Origin: Candidatus Kaiserbacteria bacterium RIFCSPHIGHO2_01_FULL_58_22
GTDB taxonomy: Bacteria > Patescibacteriota > Minisyncoccia > Phycocordibacterales > UBA2100
DNA: 35,514 bases
Assembly: GCA_001781445.1 (NCBI GenBank)
Contig: MFLB01000021.1
Span: 1 to 35,514, forward strand
Reading direction: 5' to 3'
In this document: piece after piece, positions 24,865 to 32,162 of the stretch
Position numbering within the stretch: the stretch's first letter is position 1
Layout: the number at the start of each line of letters is the position of its first letter
The notes under the pieces: generated by a model
Database searches by the model: none
Seen by the model: only the letters and a program-made list of their open reading frames with translations
Told to the model about the DNA's origin: nothing
Program-made: the position numbers and the translations under genes

Positions 24865-25950
24865 GTGGCTGAAACCATAACCATCAAAAAACCCTTCGAT
24901 GCGCATGTACACCTTCGGCAAGGCGCCATGTTGCGCGCCGTTGCTCCCATCACAGCAGCGCATTGGAGCCGCGCTATCGCGATGCCGAACACCGAGCCGC
25001 CGATAGAAACTATCGCGCAGGCGGTCGGATACAAAAAAGAGATCATCGCCGCATGTCAAGGCGACGCCTTGACATCAGGGTTCGAGCCGTTGATGACCTT
25101 CTATCTGACGAAGAATCTCAAGCCATCGGAGATCGAGCGAGGGGCATCCGACGCAGGCGGGACGAACATATACGGCGTCAAATACTACCCCTACGGCGCA
25201 ACGACGAATTCCCAGTGGGGGTATAGGAACGTTCTCGAAGCGAAAGACGTCTTGGCGACAATGGAAAAAGTCGGAATGCCACTCCTCCTCCATGGTGAAG
25301 TACATGTCGACGAACGCGGCGAAGAGGTGGATCCGTACATTGGAGAACAGGCGTTCGTCAAGGAGATACTGCCGCAACTTTTAGAAACGTATCCGAAGTT
25401 GAAAATCTCACTTGAACATCTCAGTTCGGCGGAAGCGGCAGATTTTATTGAGAAGCACGGAAAGGAACAGCGATTGGCGGCGACGATACCGGCCCATCAC
25501 TTGCTATATGGCCGTACAGACATAGAGAAACGCCCTGCTCTCCGCAGTAAACCGCTCGTAAAAGATAACTCTGATAAAGAGCGGATACGCACGCTCGTCA
25601 CGAAAGGATTACCGTTCGTTTTCGCCGGCACCGATTCCGCACCGCATCCCGAATCGAAAAAACTCTCACCTCCAATCGCGTATGGAGTTTTCAGCGCTCC
25701 TGTTGCGCTCGAGCTCTATACGCAGGTCTTCGATGAACTTGGTGCACTCGACACATTGGAAAACTTTCTCTCCGTGAGCGGTCCTCGTTTTTACGGATTA
25801 GAGCCAAGCGCGGAAACGATCACACTCATCAAAAAAGACTGGCAAACCACCGAGCCCGTCGTTACCGACGAGGGTGTGAAAGTATGGCCCATCTGTGACG
25901 CCAAGCACGGCCTCGGCAACGAGACGATCCATTGGCAGCTAACGCGATAG
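24865..25950 (+). CDS. pyrC: Dihydroorotase (E. coli-type)
   Basis: DAHVHLR, AMPN, KYYP.GATTNS, LLHGE, LEHL, GTDSAPH; start reassigned to GTG 24865. Confidence 0.93.
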   Translation: MAETITIKKPFDAHVHLRQGAMLRAVAPITAAHWSRAIAMPNTEPPIETIAQAVGYKKEIIAACQGDALTSGFEPLMTFYLTKNLKPSEIERGASDAGGTNIYGVKYYPYGATTNSQWGYRNVLEAKDVLATMEKVGMPLLLHGEVHVDERGEEVDPYIGEQAFVKEILPQLLETYPKLKISLEHLSSAEAADFIEKHGKEQRLAATIPAHHLLYGRTDIEKRPALRSKPLVKDNSDKERIRTLVTKGLPFVFAGTDSAPHPESKKLSPPIAYGVFSAPVALELYTQVFDELGALDTLENFLSVSGPRFYGLEPSAETITLIKKDWQTTEPVVTDEGVKVWPICDAKHGLGNETIHWQLTR

Positions 25951-26020
25951 CGGAAAAAGGGAAATCCCGACCGAGGACCTTGTGCGAAAGTCCCGCAGGG
26001 CGGGGTTTTCCTTTTTCCGC
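25950..26020. terminator. Long hairpin between convergent pyrC and ftsH, probable bidirectional terminator
   Basis: GCGGAAAAAGGGAAATCCCG ... CGGGGTTTTCCTTTTTCCGC inverted repeat. Confidence 0.6.
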
Positions 26021-26027
26021 CTCACTG

Positions 26028-27968
26028 CTATGCGAGCGGCTGGTGTTCTATATCTTCCTTCTTTTTGGGCGTGATGCCGTGCGCAATGAGTATCTTCTCG
26101 AAATCGTCGCGCTCGATGGTCTCGACTTCGACGAGTTGACCCGCGATCGCGTCGAGCGCCTTGCGGTGCTTCTTCAAGACCCCTTCCGCTTTTTTGTGCG
26201 CTCCCTCGATGATGCGCTTCACCTCGGCGTCTATCTGCGAGGCGACCTCCTCCGACTGCTCCCCGCCCTCGACGCCCTCGCCGAAGATCGCCCGCTGGGC
26301 CGAGGCCGCAAACGCGATGGGGCCCATCTTTTCCGACATGCCGTAGCGCGCGACCATGTTGCGCGCGAGCGCGGAGAGCACCTGCAGGTCGTTGGCGGCG
26401 CCGGTCGTGATGTCGCCGAATATCATCCGCTCCGCGACGTAGCCGCCGAGCGAAACAGCGATGTCGTCGAGAAATTCCTTGCGCGACTGCATCTTCCGGT
26501 CCTCGAAGGGGAGCTTCAGCGTATAGCCCGCGGCGCGGCCGCGGCTGATGATCGATATCTTGTGCACCGGATCGGCGTACGGGAGCACGCTCGCGACCAA
26601 GGCGTGCCCCGCCTCGTGGTAGGCGGTTATCTCCTTCTCCTTTTTGTTGAGCACGTGCGATCTTCGTTCCGGCCCGAGCATCACCTTCTCTATCGAGCGG
26701 ATGAGATCGTATTGCGTGATCTCCTTCCGGTTCTCCCGCGCGGCGAGGATGGCACCCTCGTTCATGAGGTTGGCGAGATCGGCTCCCGAAAATCCGGGTG
26801 TTCGCTCCGCGATGACGGTGAGCCGCACGTCGGGCCCCAAGGGCTTCTGGCGCGCGTGCACTTTCAAGATGTCCTCTCGATCCTTCCGGTCGGGGAGATC
26901 GATGACGACGCGGCGGTCGAAGCGGCCTGGCCGGACGAGCGCGGGATCGAGGACGTCGGGACGGTTCGTCGCCGCCATCACGATGACCTTTTCGTTGGGC
27001 TCGAAGCCGTCAAGCTCGACGAGTATCTGGTTCAGCGTCTGCTCGCGCTCGTCGTTGCCCCCGCCGACGCCGGTGCCGCGCACGCGCCCGATAGCATCTA
27101 TCTCATCGATGAAAAGTATCGAGGGCGACGCTTTCTTCGCCACCTGAAAGGTGTCGCGCACGCGACTCGCGCCGACACCGACGAACATTTCCACAAATTC
27201 TGATCCCGATATGGAAAAGAACGGGACATTGCTCTCGCCGGCCACCGCGCGGGCAAGAAGCGTTTTACCCGTTCCCGCCGCGCCCATCAGGAGCACGCCC
27301 TTGGGGATGCGCGCGCCGATCTGGATGAACTTCTTCGGGTTCTTCAAAAAATCCACTATCTCGGTGAGCTCCTCTTTCGCCTCCTTCGCGCCCGCGACGT
27401 CGGCGAAGGTGACCCGCTGTACCTGGTCTTCCGGAGAGGTAAGCCGCGCCATCGAGCGGCCGAAGGTGAAGGCCTGCATGCCCGCGCCGCGCATCTGCCG
27501 CGAGAGATACCAGATGATGCCGAAAAGGAGGAGCACCGGCACCATGAGCGGGGCGAGCGTGAGGAACCAGAAGCGCGCGCCGCCTTCGTCCTTTATTTCT
27601 ATCTTCACCGCGCCGATCTGCTCCTGGGATACCTGGTAGTTCGCGAGCGTTTCGGTGAGCGAGGCCTCCGTCTCCTTGCGCGACTTCTTTTTCGTCTCGT
27701 CGGCATACGTCGCCGTGATGGCATCGCCTTCCACGAGGAGGGATTCTATCTTCCCCGCGGCGACGTCGGAAGCGATCTGCGAGAGCGGAACGGTTTCTGC
27801 CTCCGAAACGACGTACTGCCGCACGAGCGAGTAGCCCGCGGAAAGCACGAGAAAGACGGCGAACGCCATCGCGAGCTGCATCCAGATCGAGGGGCCGCCG
27901 CTCTGGGGCGGCCGCGCGGGCCCGCGAGCGCGCCGCGGTTTCTGGCTTTCTTGGTTCAGATCCGCCAT
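26028..27968 (-). CDS. ftsH: ATP-dependent zinc metalloprotease FtsH
   Basis: Two TM segments, [44 protein letters not shown] zinc motif. Confidence 0.97.
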   Translation of the reverse strand: MADLNQESQKPRRARGPARPPQSGGPSIWMQLAMAFAVFLVLSAGYSLVRQYVVSEAETVPLSQIASDVAAGKIESLLVEGDAITATYADETKKKSRKETEASLTETLANYQVSQEQIGAVKIEIKDEGGARFWFLTLAPLMVPVLLLFGIIWYLSRQMRGAGMQAFTFGRSMARLTSPEDQVQRVTFADVAGAKEAKEELTEIVDFLKNPKKFIQIGARIPKGVLLMGAAGTGKTLLARAVAGESNVPFFSISGSEFVEMFVGVGASRVRDTFQVAKKASPSILFIDEIDAIGRVRGTGVGGGNDEREQTLNQILVELDGFEPNEKVIVMAATNRPDVLDPALVRPGRFDRRVVIDLPDRKDREDILKVHARQKPLGPDVRLTVIAERTPGFSGADLANLMNEGAILAARENRKEITQYDLIRSIEKVMLGPERRSHVLNKKEKEITAYHEAGHALVASVLPYADPVHKISIISRGRAAGYTLKLPFEDRKMQSRKEFLDDIAVSLGGYVAERMIFGDITTGAANDLQVLSALARNMVARYGMSEKMGPIAFAASAQRAIFGEGVEGGEQSEEVASQIDAEVKRIIEGAHKKAEGVLKKHRKALDAIAGQLVEVETIERDDFEKILIAHGITPKKKEDIEHQPLA

Positions 27969-28061
27969 GACTTGCGAGTTATACCACAGCTCGCCGGAGA
28001 GCGGTACACCCCAACGAGATGGAGCTCGCCTGCTCGCTATCTCACGGGGTATAGTGTCCGA

Positions 28062-28508
28062 ATGGCGCTCATAGAGAACAAACGTGCACGGTTCGACTAC
28101 TCCATCCTCGAAGAAGTGGAGGCGGGTCTGGAGCTATTCGGCTTCGAGGTGAAGTCGCTCCGCGCGGGCCGAGGTTCGCTCAAGGGCGCGCGCGTCGTCG
28201 CGCGGGGAGGCGAGGCCTACCTCGTGGGCGCCTCCATCCCCGCCTGGCAGATCGCGAACGCGCCGAAAAGCTACGACCCGGAACGCCCGCGGCGGCTCCT
28301 GCTTTCACGCAAAGAAATCGCGCGCATCGCCTCGGCGGAGGGCGAGAAGGGATTGACAATCGTGCCGATTTGTGTATATAATAAAGGGAGACGCTTGAAG
28401 CTTTCCATCGCGATCGCGCGCGGTAAGAAAAAAGAGGATAAGCGTCATACCATACGGGCGCGCGAGGAGAAACGCCGGATAGAACGCACGTTGAAAAAAG
28501 AATATTGA
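28062..28508 (+). CDS. smpB: SsrA-binding protein
   Basis: NKRARFDY, EAGL.L.G.EVKSLR, RRLLL, GKK..DKR; start reassigned to ATG 28062; adjacent to tmRNA. Confidence 0.95.
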   Translation: MALIENKRARFDYSILEEVEAGLELFGFEVKSLRAGRGSLKGARVVARGGEAYLVGASIPAWQIANAPKSYDPERPRRLLLSRKEIARIASAEGEKGLTIVPICVYNKGRRLKLSIAIARGKKKEDKRHTIRAREEKRRIERTLKKEY

Positions 28509-28549
28509 GAGGTCGGCCGTTCGCGAAGAGAGAACGAAGTGCTTTCTTC

Positions 28550-28936
28550 GGGGGTGACTGGCTTCGACAAAGAAATCGGTGTGTGTTTGCGCGTTGCGAG
28601 AGTGAACGACTCTCTCAAACCGTTCAAACACTTCAAGTGCGAACAAAGTAGCACGTGCAGTACTCTCGCCTATTCAAATGGCAGACCTGCAGCCCGCTTA
28701 CGCATACGTTGCCTAAGCGCCGTCCATCGAGCCGATGCTTGATCAAGCTCGACCGGGCGTAACACATTCAAGCACTGATGAACGGCGTCCACTGTTCATC
28801 TAAGACTTCGGAATCGGGGCATTGCGTTTCTGTTCATCTCATATGCAACGCTCTTAAACAAAATCAGATGTCCTACGCAATGTAGACACACTCACACACT
28901 TTTCCTTGGACTCGGGATCATTCCCCGACACCTCCA
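28550..28936 (+). ncRNA. ssrA: tmRNA
   Basis: 5' GGGGGTGACTGGCTTCGAC; 3' GAC-TCGGG-ATCATTC-CCCGA-CACCTCC-A with G3-U70 alanine identity pair; tag ORF 28639-28716 ANKVARAVLSPIQMADLQPAYAYVA*; CCA not encoded. Confidence 0.93.
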
Positions 28937-29200
28937 CTGCTTCGCGAAAAGCCCGCACAAATGTGCGGGCTTTTCGCTTCGCAGTGCAGGCACGCTTCGC
29001 CAGAAGCAGTGCTCGCACTGCGAAACTCCGAGCAGTGCGAGGGGTGAAGCAGTGTCCTGCGTAGCTTTATGCGAAGCAGGACTAAGCTGTCTTTAATCTT
29101 ATTAGCTACGAGCTACGCAGTGCAAGCACTTGTGCTTCATAGCTTCAGCGACGAAGTACTGCACTGCAACAAACGACCGCCTTTCGGCGGTCGTTTGTTT
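28937..29200. repeat. Cluster of nested palindromes and recurring GCAGTG/CACTGC motifs
   Basis: GCGAAAAGCCCGCAC..GTGCGGGCTTTTCGC, AACAAACGACCGCC..GGCGGTCGTTTGTT, GTCCTGCGTAGCTTTATGCGAAGCAGGAC. Confidence 0.7.
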
Positions 29201-29226
29201 TATAGAGCAGGGCTATAATTTCACTT

Positions 29227-29466
29227 ATGTACTTCGTCTACATTTTGCGAAGCCAGAAGGATAAGAGCCTCTATGTGGGTTCAACCGAGAACATCAAGCT
29301 ACGGCTTGCTGAACACAATAATGGCAAAGCAAAATATTCCAGTTCAAAACGTCCGTATGTATTGAAATGGTTCTGTGCGTTTCCGAACAAAACAATGGCT
29401 TTGAAATTCGAAAAATATCTGAAGCAGGGTTCTGGTTTCGCGTTCGCACGAAAACATCTCCTCTAA
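29227..29466 (+). CDS. Small stand-alone GIY-YIG nuclease-family protein
   Basis: YFVYIL....LYVGST....RL.EHN.G...KRP..L......A..FEKYLK; TATAAT-N7-ATG. Confidence 0.9.
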   Translation: MYFVYILRSQKDKSLYVGSTENIKLRLAEHNNGKAKYSSSKRPYVLKWFCAFPNKTMALKFEKYLKQGSGFAFARKHLL

Positions 29467-29553
29467 CTCATGAGCAAACAGCCCCGTGAAAGTGGGCCTT
29501 TTTGTATAATCAGCTACCAACGAAATCTTGGAATCTGCCACCTTGCGCGTTCC

Positions 29554-29602
29554 CCCGTACGGGAGTCTTTTGCTTCGCCGTGAGAAGCTCTTACTGCGCC
29601 GG
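29554..29602. repeat. 49-bp direct repeat of 30873-30921 (gene 3' end plus half terminator)
   Basis: CCCGTACGGGAGTCTTTTGCTTCGCCGTGAGAAGCTCTTACTGCGCCGG present at both sites. Confidence 0.9.
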
Positions 29603-29612
29603 AGCGTCCTTA

Positions 29613-29753
29613 TTTATTCTACTTCGCCGAATACCCCGTAGCTTGCTGCGGGGATGAAGGCGTGAGTAGAACCCTTCGTAGCTTTAGCGAAGTAGGGTTG
29701 GCGGCTACGAAGAATTCCGCAGATACCTCGCAGCTTGCTGCGAGGAGCTTCAT
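29613..29753. mobile_element. Non-autonomous palindrome-bounded element (IS200/IS605-end-like)
   Basis: Two directly repeated hairpins, ATA-CCCCGTAGC-TT-GCTGCGGGG-A (stem 29634-29653) and ATA-CCTCGCAGC-TT-GCTGCGAGG-A (stem 29726-29745), with a third hairpin between them; boundaries approximate. Confidence 0.55.
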
Positions 29754-29857
29754 TTTCTTTTTTTGGAAGGTTTCGCCCTTTTATTGAAAGCGAGGGCCAG
29801 TTTAATCCAAAAGCCTAAATCGGCCTTGCCGCCAGTTCCTTCAGGGCTAACGAAGAC
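29750..29857 (-). pseudogene. 3' remnant resembling the C-terminus of TfoX/Sxy-like proteins
   Basis: VFVSPEGTGGKADLGFWIKLALAFNKRAKPSKKRK* with no plausible N-terminal half. Confidence 0.5.
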
Positions 29858-29892
29858 GCATCTGCACGTTGCTCGCTGTAGGCGATAGCGTT

Positions 29893-30294
29893 TCAAGAAA
29901 AGACGTAAGCGACAATGATACCTGCGATACTGAAGTGAAGTACGCCGTAGGCAAGCTCTAAGACAGCATATTGCCACACCGGCTCGATATTGAATTTCGC
30001 CGGCACGACGAACGCGCCATAGACAATGCTGTACGAACCCAAAAGAAGACCGAAGAAAAGGCCCCCCGTGATTGGATTCGTACCCGAATAGAAGAGCGCG
30101 AAGAGCGTCGAGAGCGCAAGTGCCTGAATGACAATTGCGAGGAACCCGAGCGGGATAATTGGTTTTTCCCGCGCTGTTTCTCCAGTGAGCGTCTCGTATT
30201 GCTTCTTAAAGATGCCGAGATTCCACACAAAAGCGAAGGCAAAATTGAAGACGATGTACGCGACTGTAGCGATAATGAATGTTGTGGTAATCAT
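29893..30294 (-). CDS. Four-TM membrane protein (DUF1761-like)
   Basis: 133 aa with four hydrophobic segments; co-oriented with neighbours. Confidence 0.7.
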   Translation of the reverse strand: MITTTFIIATVAYIVFNFAFAFVWNLGIFKKQYETLTGETAREKPIIPLGFLAIVIQALALSTLFALFYSGTNPITGGLFFGLLLGSYSIVYGAFVVPAKFNIEPVWQYAVLELAYGVLHFSIAGIIVAYVFS

Positions 30295-30315
30295 ATTTGT
30301 TCTTAGTCGATTTAG

Positions 30316-30501
30316 TTAGGCCGCATCAAACCTTGCCTTGTTGTCGACCACCCACTTCTGTTGGTCTTCCTTGGTTTTGCTTGGGTCATTCATCACATCA
30401 GCGTGAGCTTTCATATAGTGAGGCATGAGAGCCTTCATCCACGCTTCAAACGTTTCGCCTTTTGCTGTTACTTCGCACACATCACATTTTAGAGTTTTCA
30501 T
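30316..30501 (-). CDS. Small putative metal-binding protein (DUF1059-like)
   Basis: MKTLKCDVC...GET......L..H...AH. Confidence 0.7.
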   Translation of the reverse strand: MKTLKCDVCEVTAKGETFEAWMKALMPHYMKAHADVMNDPSKTKEDQQKWVVDNKARFDAA

Positions 30502-30534
30502 AGTTCTTAATAATTCTTCGTTAATCTAGAACCA

Positions 30535-30810
30535 TTACATCGTCGCCGCTTCGTAGACCCGCATGCTCGTGATCATGGGACAATCCTGCGCGATTTTAAG
30601 CGCCTCGTCCATACTTTCAGCTTTTATAATCGAGTAGCCTGTAATTGCGTTTTTATCGTGCGGCAAATCTTTTACTTCTGCTGATGTCACTTCTTTTCCA
30701 GGCATAAAGGGATTGCCACTGTCGGTAAATTTATCCCCGTACTTGGTAAACCAACCCATCCATGCCCTTTTTATCTCTTCTGTCGTCAACCTTTTTGCAA
30801 GTGCATGCAT
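30535..30810 (-). pseudogene. YCII-related domain protein, probably 5'-truncated
   Basis: AWMGWF...G....D.GNP...ITGYSIIKA.SMDEA..IA..CP......VYE; the expected N-terminal beta strand seems missing. Confidence 0.6.
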
Positions 30811-30862
30811 CTTTGCAGGTTCTGACTTCTTGCATATATCTTATCTGGACAGCAACAACTTC

Positions 30863-30892
30863 GCAAAAGACTCCCGTACGGGAGTCTTTTGC
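30863..30892. terminator. Intrinsic terminator hairpin
   Basis: Perfect palindrome GCAAAAGACTCCCGTACGGGAGTCTTTTGC, 17 bp downstream of the 30910 stop. Confidence 0.75.
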
Positions 30893-30909
30893 TTCGCCGT
30901 GAGAAGCTC

Positions 30910-31056
30910 TTACTGCGCCGGGGCGGCGGGAGCTTCGGGAGCCGGTCCCGCCGGGGCGGAAGAAGCGGGGGGACATTTTTTGCCGCACGCGGTACACAGC
31001 GCGTCGCCCGGTTGGCACGAGCTCCCCGCGCCACAGCCACATTCGTCTTCATTCAT
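30910..31056 (-). CDS. 48-aa Cys-rich small protein with Pro/Ala tail
   Basis: MNEDECGCGAGSSCQPGDALCTACGKKCPPASSAPAGPAPEAPAAPAQ; followed by a terminator, and its 3' end is duplicated with a synonymous change. Confidence 0.65.
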   Translation of the reverse strand: MNEDECGCGAGSSCQPGDALCTACGKKCPPASSAPAGPAPEAPAAPAQ

Positions 31057-31139
31057 AGGGAGTGGGGTTAGACTGATAATGGGCTGATAATACTTCCATA
31101 CTACACGGCATCCGCGCATCGCAAAGCGCGGCTGGGGGA

Positions 31140-31823
31140 CTACTGTACGCGCGGGAACGAGATTTTCTGCGGCCCCGCCGCATAGGGGCCGACCTGGTAG
31201 ACCTGGAAGACGAACGTAACGTTGTCGGCGCCGACGAGGAAGGTGCCGTAGTTCTCGATCGTCGGGTCCGCGCCTTCGGGCGCGATGACGTCGCTCCCGA
31301 GCTTCTGCCCGAGCTCCGCTTTCGCTTTCGCCGCGGTCTCTTGTAGCGTAAGGCCCGTGAGCGCGAGCGCGTCGTCGAGCGTCAGTTTCCTGCCAGAGCT
31401 TTTCTCGAAATTCAGGCCGGTCACGAACGAGATGCCGTGCGCGCCGCCCAGATAGGTCGAGACGACGAGTTCGACGCTCACGATGTCCGCGCCGACATAT
31501 GCGAAATCGAACGCGCTCGCGAACTCATAGCGCGGAACGGCAGAGCCGGGAGGCGGACCCTCGGCGGCGTCCTTCTTGAACTGCGCGATAGCCTCCTCGA
31601 CGACCGCCTTGATCTCTGCGTCGATGGCGGGAATCCCGAACTGCGGATATCTCGCCTCGATCGCGTACATTTCCGCTATCTCGCGCTCCGTCGCGGTCGT
31701 TATCTCGGCTGTCTGGGGCGCCGCTTCGATCTTCGCATCGCCCATCCGCCCCGCACTCCTGAAAAGAAAATATCCTGCTCCAAGCGCCAAGAGAATTGCC
31801 GCGAACGCAAGAGCGCGGTTCAT
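31140..31823 (-). CDS. Membrane-anchored DUF3298/RsiV-like extracytoplasmic protein
   Basis: N-terminal TM, I.ARYPQ, YLGGAHG, LTLDD, F.F..YQVGPYAAG. Confidence 0.8.
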   Translation of the reverse strand: MNRALAFAAILLALGAGYFLFRSAGRMGDAKIEAAPQTAEITTATEREIAEMYAIEARYPQFGIPAIDAEIKAVVEEAIAQFKKDAAEGPPPGSAVPRYEFASAFDFAYVGADIVSVELVVSTYLGGAHGISFVTGLNFEKSSGRKLTLDDALALTGLTLQETAAKAKAELGQKLGSDVIAPEGADPTIENYGTFLVGADNVTFVFQVYQVGPYAAGPQKISFPRVQ

Positions 31824-32113
31824 CCTGTTGTGAAGTTTCGGTTTGTTAAATCTTTCGACCTCTGGTGCAGGTACTCACGGATCCGCGCTTTCAGCATTCT
31901 AGAACCGTGGGTACTCTTGAGCCACTTCTCGCGTCTCGTTGCGTCTTTTTCGTTCAGACAAGCCTCGTAGTAGATAAGTTTCCATGGCCTGTATCTTTTC
32001 GTCGAAAGATTTAACCCTTGGTTATGTTCAAGAAGACGCCCCTTTAGGTCAGTTGTCCGTCCCACGTATAAGGAACCGTTGTTCATACTTTCAAGCAGAT
32101 ACACGTAGAACAT
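31820..32113 (-). CDS. Small stand-alone GIY-YIG nuclease-family protein
   Basis: FYVYLL....LYVG.T.DL..RL.EHN.G...STK.YRPWKLIYYEA......A..REKWLK. Confidence 0.92.
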   Translation of the reverse strand: MFYVYLLESMNNGSLYVGRTTDLKGRLLEHNQGLNLSTKRYRPWKLIYYEACLNEKDATRREKWLKSTHGSRMLKARIREYLHQRSKDLTNRNFTTG

Positions 32114-32139
32114 AACCGAACCGAAACTCTACAACGGGA
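31823..32139 (-). mobile_element. 317-bp TIR element carrying the GIY-YIG gene
   Basis: 21-bp imperfect TIRs (31823-31843 TCCTGTTGTGAAGTTTCGGTT; 32119-32139 reverse complement TCCCGTTGTAGAGTTTCGGTT; 18/21 match), flanked by TTCA direct repeats (31819-31822, 32140-32143). Confidence 0.75.
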
Positions 32140-32162
32140 TTCATTGCTCCTTGAGTATATCG

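Noticed and set aside
28539-28742. 67-aa ORF downstream of smpB
   Set aside because: Lies within the tmRNA; the meaningful frame is the tag at 28639-28716
29200-29520. TIR/TSD boundaries around the first GIY-YIG gene like those of the second
   Set aside because: No CCCGTT-type inverted pair or flanking 4-bp duplication found by eye
28937-29753. Possible CRISPR array in the repeat-rich tract after tmRNA
   Set aside because: Repeats are heterogeneous hairpins without constant length or regular unique spacers, and no cas genes are present
29554-30921. Integron cassette array or integrase att sites
   Set aside because: No integrase, no attC-like GTTRRRY-bounded repeats between the small genes, and the repeat is not derived from the tmRNA or tRNA end
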